From an uncultured Methanosarcinales archaeon (GTDB taxonomy: Archaea > Nanobdellota > Nanobdellia > Woesearchaeales > CAZYIM01), in assembly GCA_964647565.1 (NCBI GenBank), contig CAZYIM010000014.1, positions 1-59,641 of the forward strand: a stretch of DNA of 59,641 nt, read 5' to 3'. Position 1 is the first letter of the stretch; each line of letters opens with the position of its first letter. The notes under the pieces were generated by a model. It was not told the origin of the DNA. It saw nothing but the letters and a program-made list of their open reading frames with translations, and made no database searches. This document shows positions 58,124 to 59,641 of the stretch, piece after piece. The position numbers and the translations under genes were made by a program.

Positions 58124-58905
58124 AAGAAAAACTATACGATCCGGGAAGCGGGAAAAAGAAGAAGCATCTGAAGAGTCTCAGGAATTCAGTGATTGGGCAT
58201 GGATATATACCATTCTTTTTAAGAGAGCAGTTAGCAGAAAAAAGATTTAAAGGTTTTGTTGATCCGATCAGGAATAATGATCTGCTTCTTGATATCCGGG
58301 CCAATATCCCTAATGGAGGTGATAAGACAATAAAGGGCTTTTTTGAAGATGACCTTGCACTTCATATCACTTCATATAATAAGAAAATTATTGACGATAT
58401 TGAGAATCTTGTTCGGGATGTTTTGGGGGATGGATATTTCAAGCGAATGGAGGATGATAGCCGGCGGATATATGCATTCTCAGGATTTTGCGACTGTCCA
58501 AATGTTGATATGGCATTATTGAATTTTACAGGATTCGTTTCCGCGCATCGGCCAACAAAGGACAAAAGTTATCTGGACAAACTGCCATCACTAGAAAACG
58601 CTCTTTATATCCTGCTGAAGAAGACAACAGACAAATATGGTCATTTTAGCCAACACTGCCTGATAGTTCCGCTTGGAAATAAAGATCCCTGGTTAAAACT
58701 CTTCCTCAGGGATAGACATGTAACTTTCAAAAAAAAGATACGCAGAACAAATGCTTATTTCTACAATAATATATACGCAGGCGATGCGTCTGCTTATGAG
58801 AGTATGAAGCTCTACTATTATGATGGCTACTTCTCACGAAGTACATTTATCAGAGGCCTAAAACAGGCAATTGAACTCAAGGGGGACTGGAAACGTGACT
58901 ACTGA
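58120..58905 (+). CDS. Array paralog 74 (261 aa)
   Basis: Leader DPGSGKKKK; LYILLK..CLIVPL..YYDGYF. Confidence 0.9.
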   Translation: MKEKLYDPGSGKKKKHLKSLRNSVIGHGYIPFFLREQLAEKRFKGFVDPIRNNDLLLDIRANIPNGGDKTIKGFFEDDLALHITSYNKKIIDDIENLVRDVLGDGYFKRMEDDSRRIYAFSGFCDCPNVDMALLNFTGFVSAHRPTKDKSYLDKLPSLENALYILLKKTTDKYGHFSQHCLIVPLGNKDPWLKLFLRDRHVTFKKKIRRTNAYFYNNIYAGDASAYESMKLYYYDGYFSRSTFIRGLKQAIELKGDWKRDY

Positions 58906-59641
58906 ACTAATTGATGCAGGAACATCGAAAAAGAAGAAAAAGCTTAAGAGTCTTAAAAATACCGTTAGTAAGACGATCCAGCTACCCTTTTGGAATAGAG
59001 AACATTTTGAAATGTTCGGTGGTGAAAATGTTTTTATTGATCCAATATTTCATAAAGAATTATTGACCCATCTATGGTTTGATGTTCATAATTCAAACAA
59101 CAATAATCCTACAAACTTTCTTGAGACAAAGTTAGAAGAGACAAATGACTTGCTAAAGCATTCTAAAGTAAAAGAGGTCTTCAATGAAATTTTCAAGGGA
59201 TGCATATACAAAAAATATAGAACAGAAAAATATGAAACATTTGTTTTTACTAAGTTTCCTGGGAATGATAACATTGATATGGCGATATATAATGCTAAAG
59301 ATTATTTTACCAATCCTTTTAAACAAGAAAAAGAACCGGAAAATGAATTTCATGAATTATTTGACGGCTTAAGCCAAAATCTTTATATCCTGCTAACTAA
59401 ATCAGAAGATCAAAGATGCCTGATTATACCAACCTCAGTCATAGGAGATTCTTGGCTTGAACATTTTAAACCAAATTGGCTAAATTCAAAAGAAAAAAAA
59501 GCCCTTAAAAAATCTAATCACTATTTCTATAATTGTATTACATCACCTAGCTCTATTAAACAAAATATCATGAAACTAAATTACTATGACGGCTACTTTA
59601 CTAGAAGCGCCTTCATCAGATGCCTAAAACAGGCAATTGAA
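58895..59641 (+). CDS. Array paralog 75, 3' truncated (absent from the supplied ORF track)
   Basis: GTG at 58895 opens MTTELIDAGTSKKKKKLKSL; frame is open to the window end, finishing MKLNYYDGYFTRSAFIRCLKQAIE, very like 74. Confidence 0.88.
   Translation, partial: MTTELIDAGTSKKKKKLKSLKNTVSKTIQLPFWNREHFEMFGGENVFIDPIFHKELLTHLWFDVHNSNNNNPTNFLETKLEETNDLLKHSKVKEVFNEIFKGCIYKKYRTEKYETFVFTKFPGNDNIDMAIYNAKDYFTNPFKQEKEPENEFHELFDGLSQNLYILLTKSEDQRCLIIPTSVIGDSWLEHFKPNWLNSKEKKALKKSNHYFYNCITSPSSIKQNIMKLNYYDGYFTRSAFIRCLKQAIE

Larger units (their letters stand above)
1..59641 (+). repeat. Giant tandem array of 75 paralogous genes (unknown family), open at both ends
   Basis: Consecutive + strand ORFs of about 0.7-1.1 kb tile the window; all share a basic leader motif and a recognisable C-terminal [IV]P[LM]..D.R..H.F..Y core. 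Confidence 0.95.

Noticed and set aside
737..58945. Leader as Tat, Sec, lipoprotein or class III signal peptide
   Set aside because: No hydrophobic h-region or lipobox follows the RR/KK motif, and no transmembrane segments are evident
691..59353. Many minus-strand and alternate-frame ORFs of 60-198 aa (e.g. 5320-5868, 20661-21257, 53688-54215)
   Set aside because: They overlap the array genes almost entirely; the recurring FFFFPLPAS and LLGFLP strings are just the antisense of the leader; no independent coding evidence
1..59641. Classical integron cassette array
   Set aside because: No intergenic space for attC sites, no attC-like palindromes seen, no integrase, and the genes are homologous, not heterogeneous
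1..59641. CRISPR array from the recurring ~30-50 bp leader repeats
   Set aside because: Repeats are degenerate, coding and spaced about 800 bp apart
1..59641. Taxonomic assignment (archaeon, bacterium, jumbo phage or large extrachromosomal element)
   Set aside because: No marker genes; AT-rich composition, SD motifs and overlaps only indicate prokaryote-type translation

Overview
The whole 59.6-kb window is one uninterrupted, head-to-tail, + strand array of 75 paralogous genes of a family I do not recognise. There are 72 complete genes, 2 cut by the window edges and 1 with two in-frame stops, so the array continues on both sides. The proteins are mostly 230-310 aa, soluble-looking and basic. 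Each has (i) a short N-terminal leader, ..I[IE]x[AE]xSG-[RK]KPRR or -K[IKR]KKK, (ii) a highly variable middle, and (iii) a conserved C-terminal core, roughly LxIxFK..GLx[IV]P[LM]xxxDxRIP..GH[IL]F..Y..Y....LExG...AI..YG. About 40 of the 74 junctions are 4-bp ATGA/GTGA stop-start overlaps, the largest gap is 38 bp, and Shine-Dalgarno-like GGAGGTG motifs sit inside the 3' end of upstream genes, which indicates a prokaryotic or prokaryotic-virus origin. The most notable feature is that DNA similarity concentrates at gene junctions: a gene's leader repeatedly resembles the leader that follows relatives of its upstream neighbour, not the leader of relatives of its own body. This suggests an expandable cassette array shuffled by recombination at a repeat hidden inside coding sequence. 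I saw no RNA genes, CRISPR array, transposase, integrase or reverse transcriptase. No function can be assigned from sequence alone.
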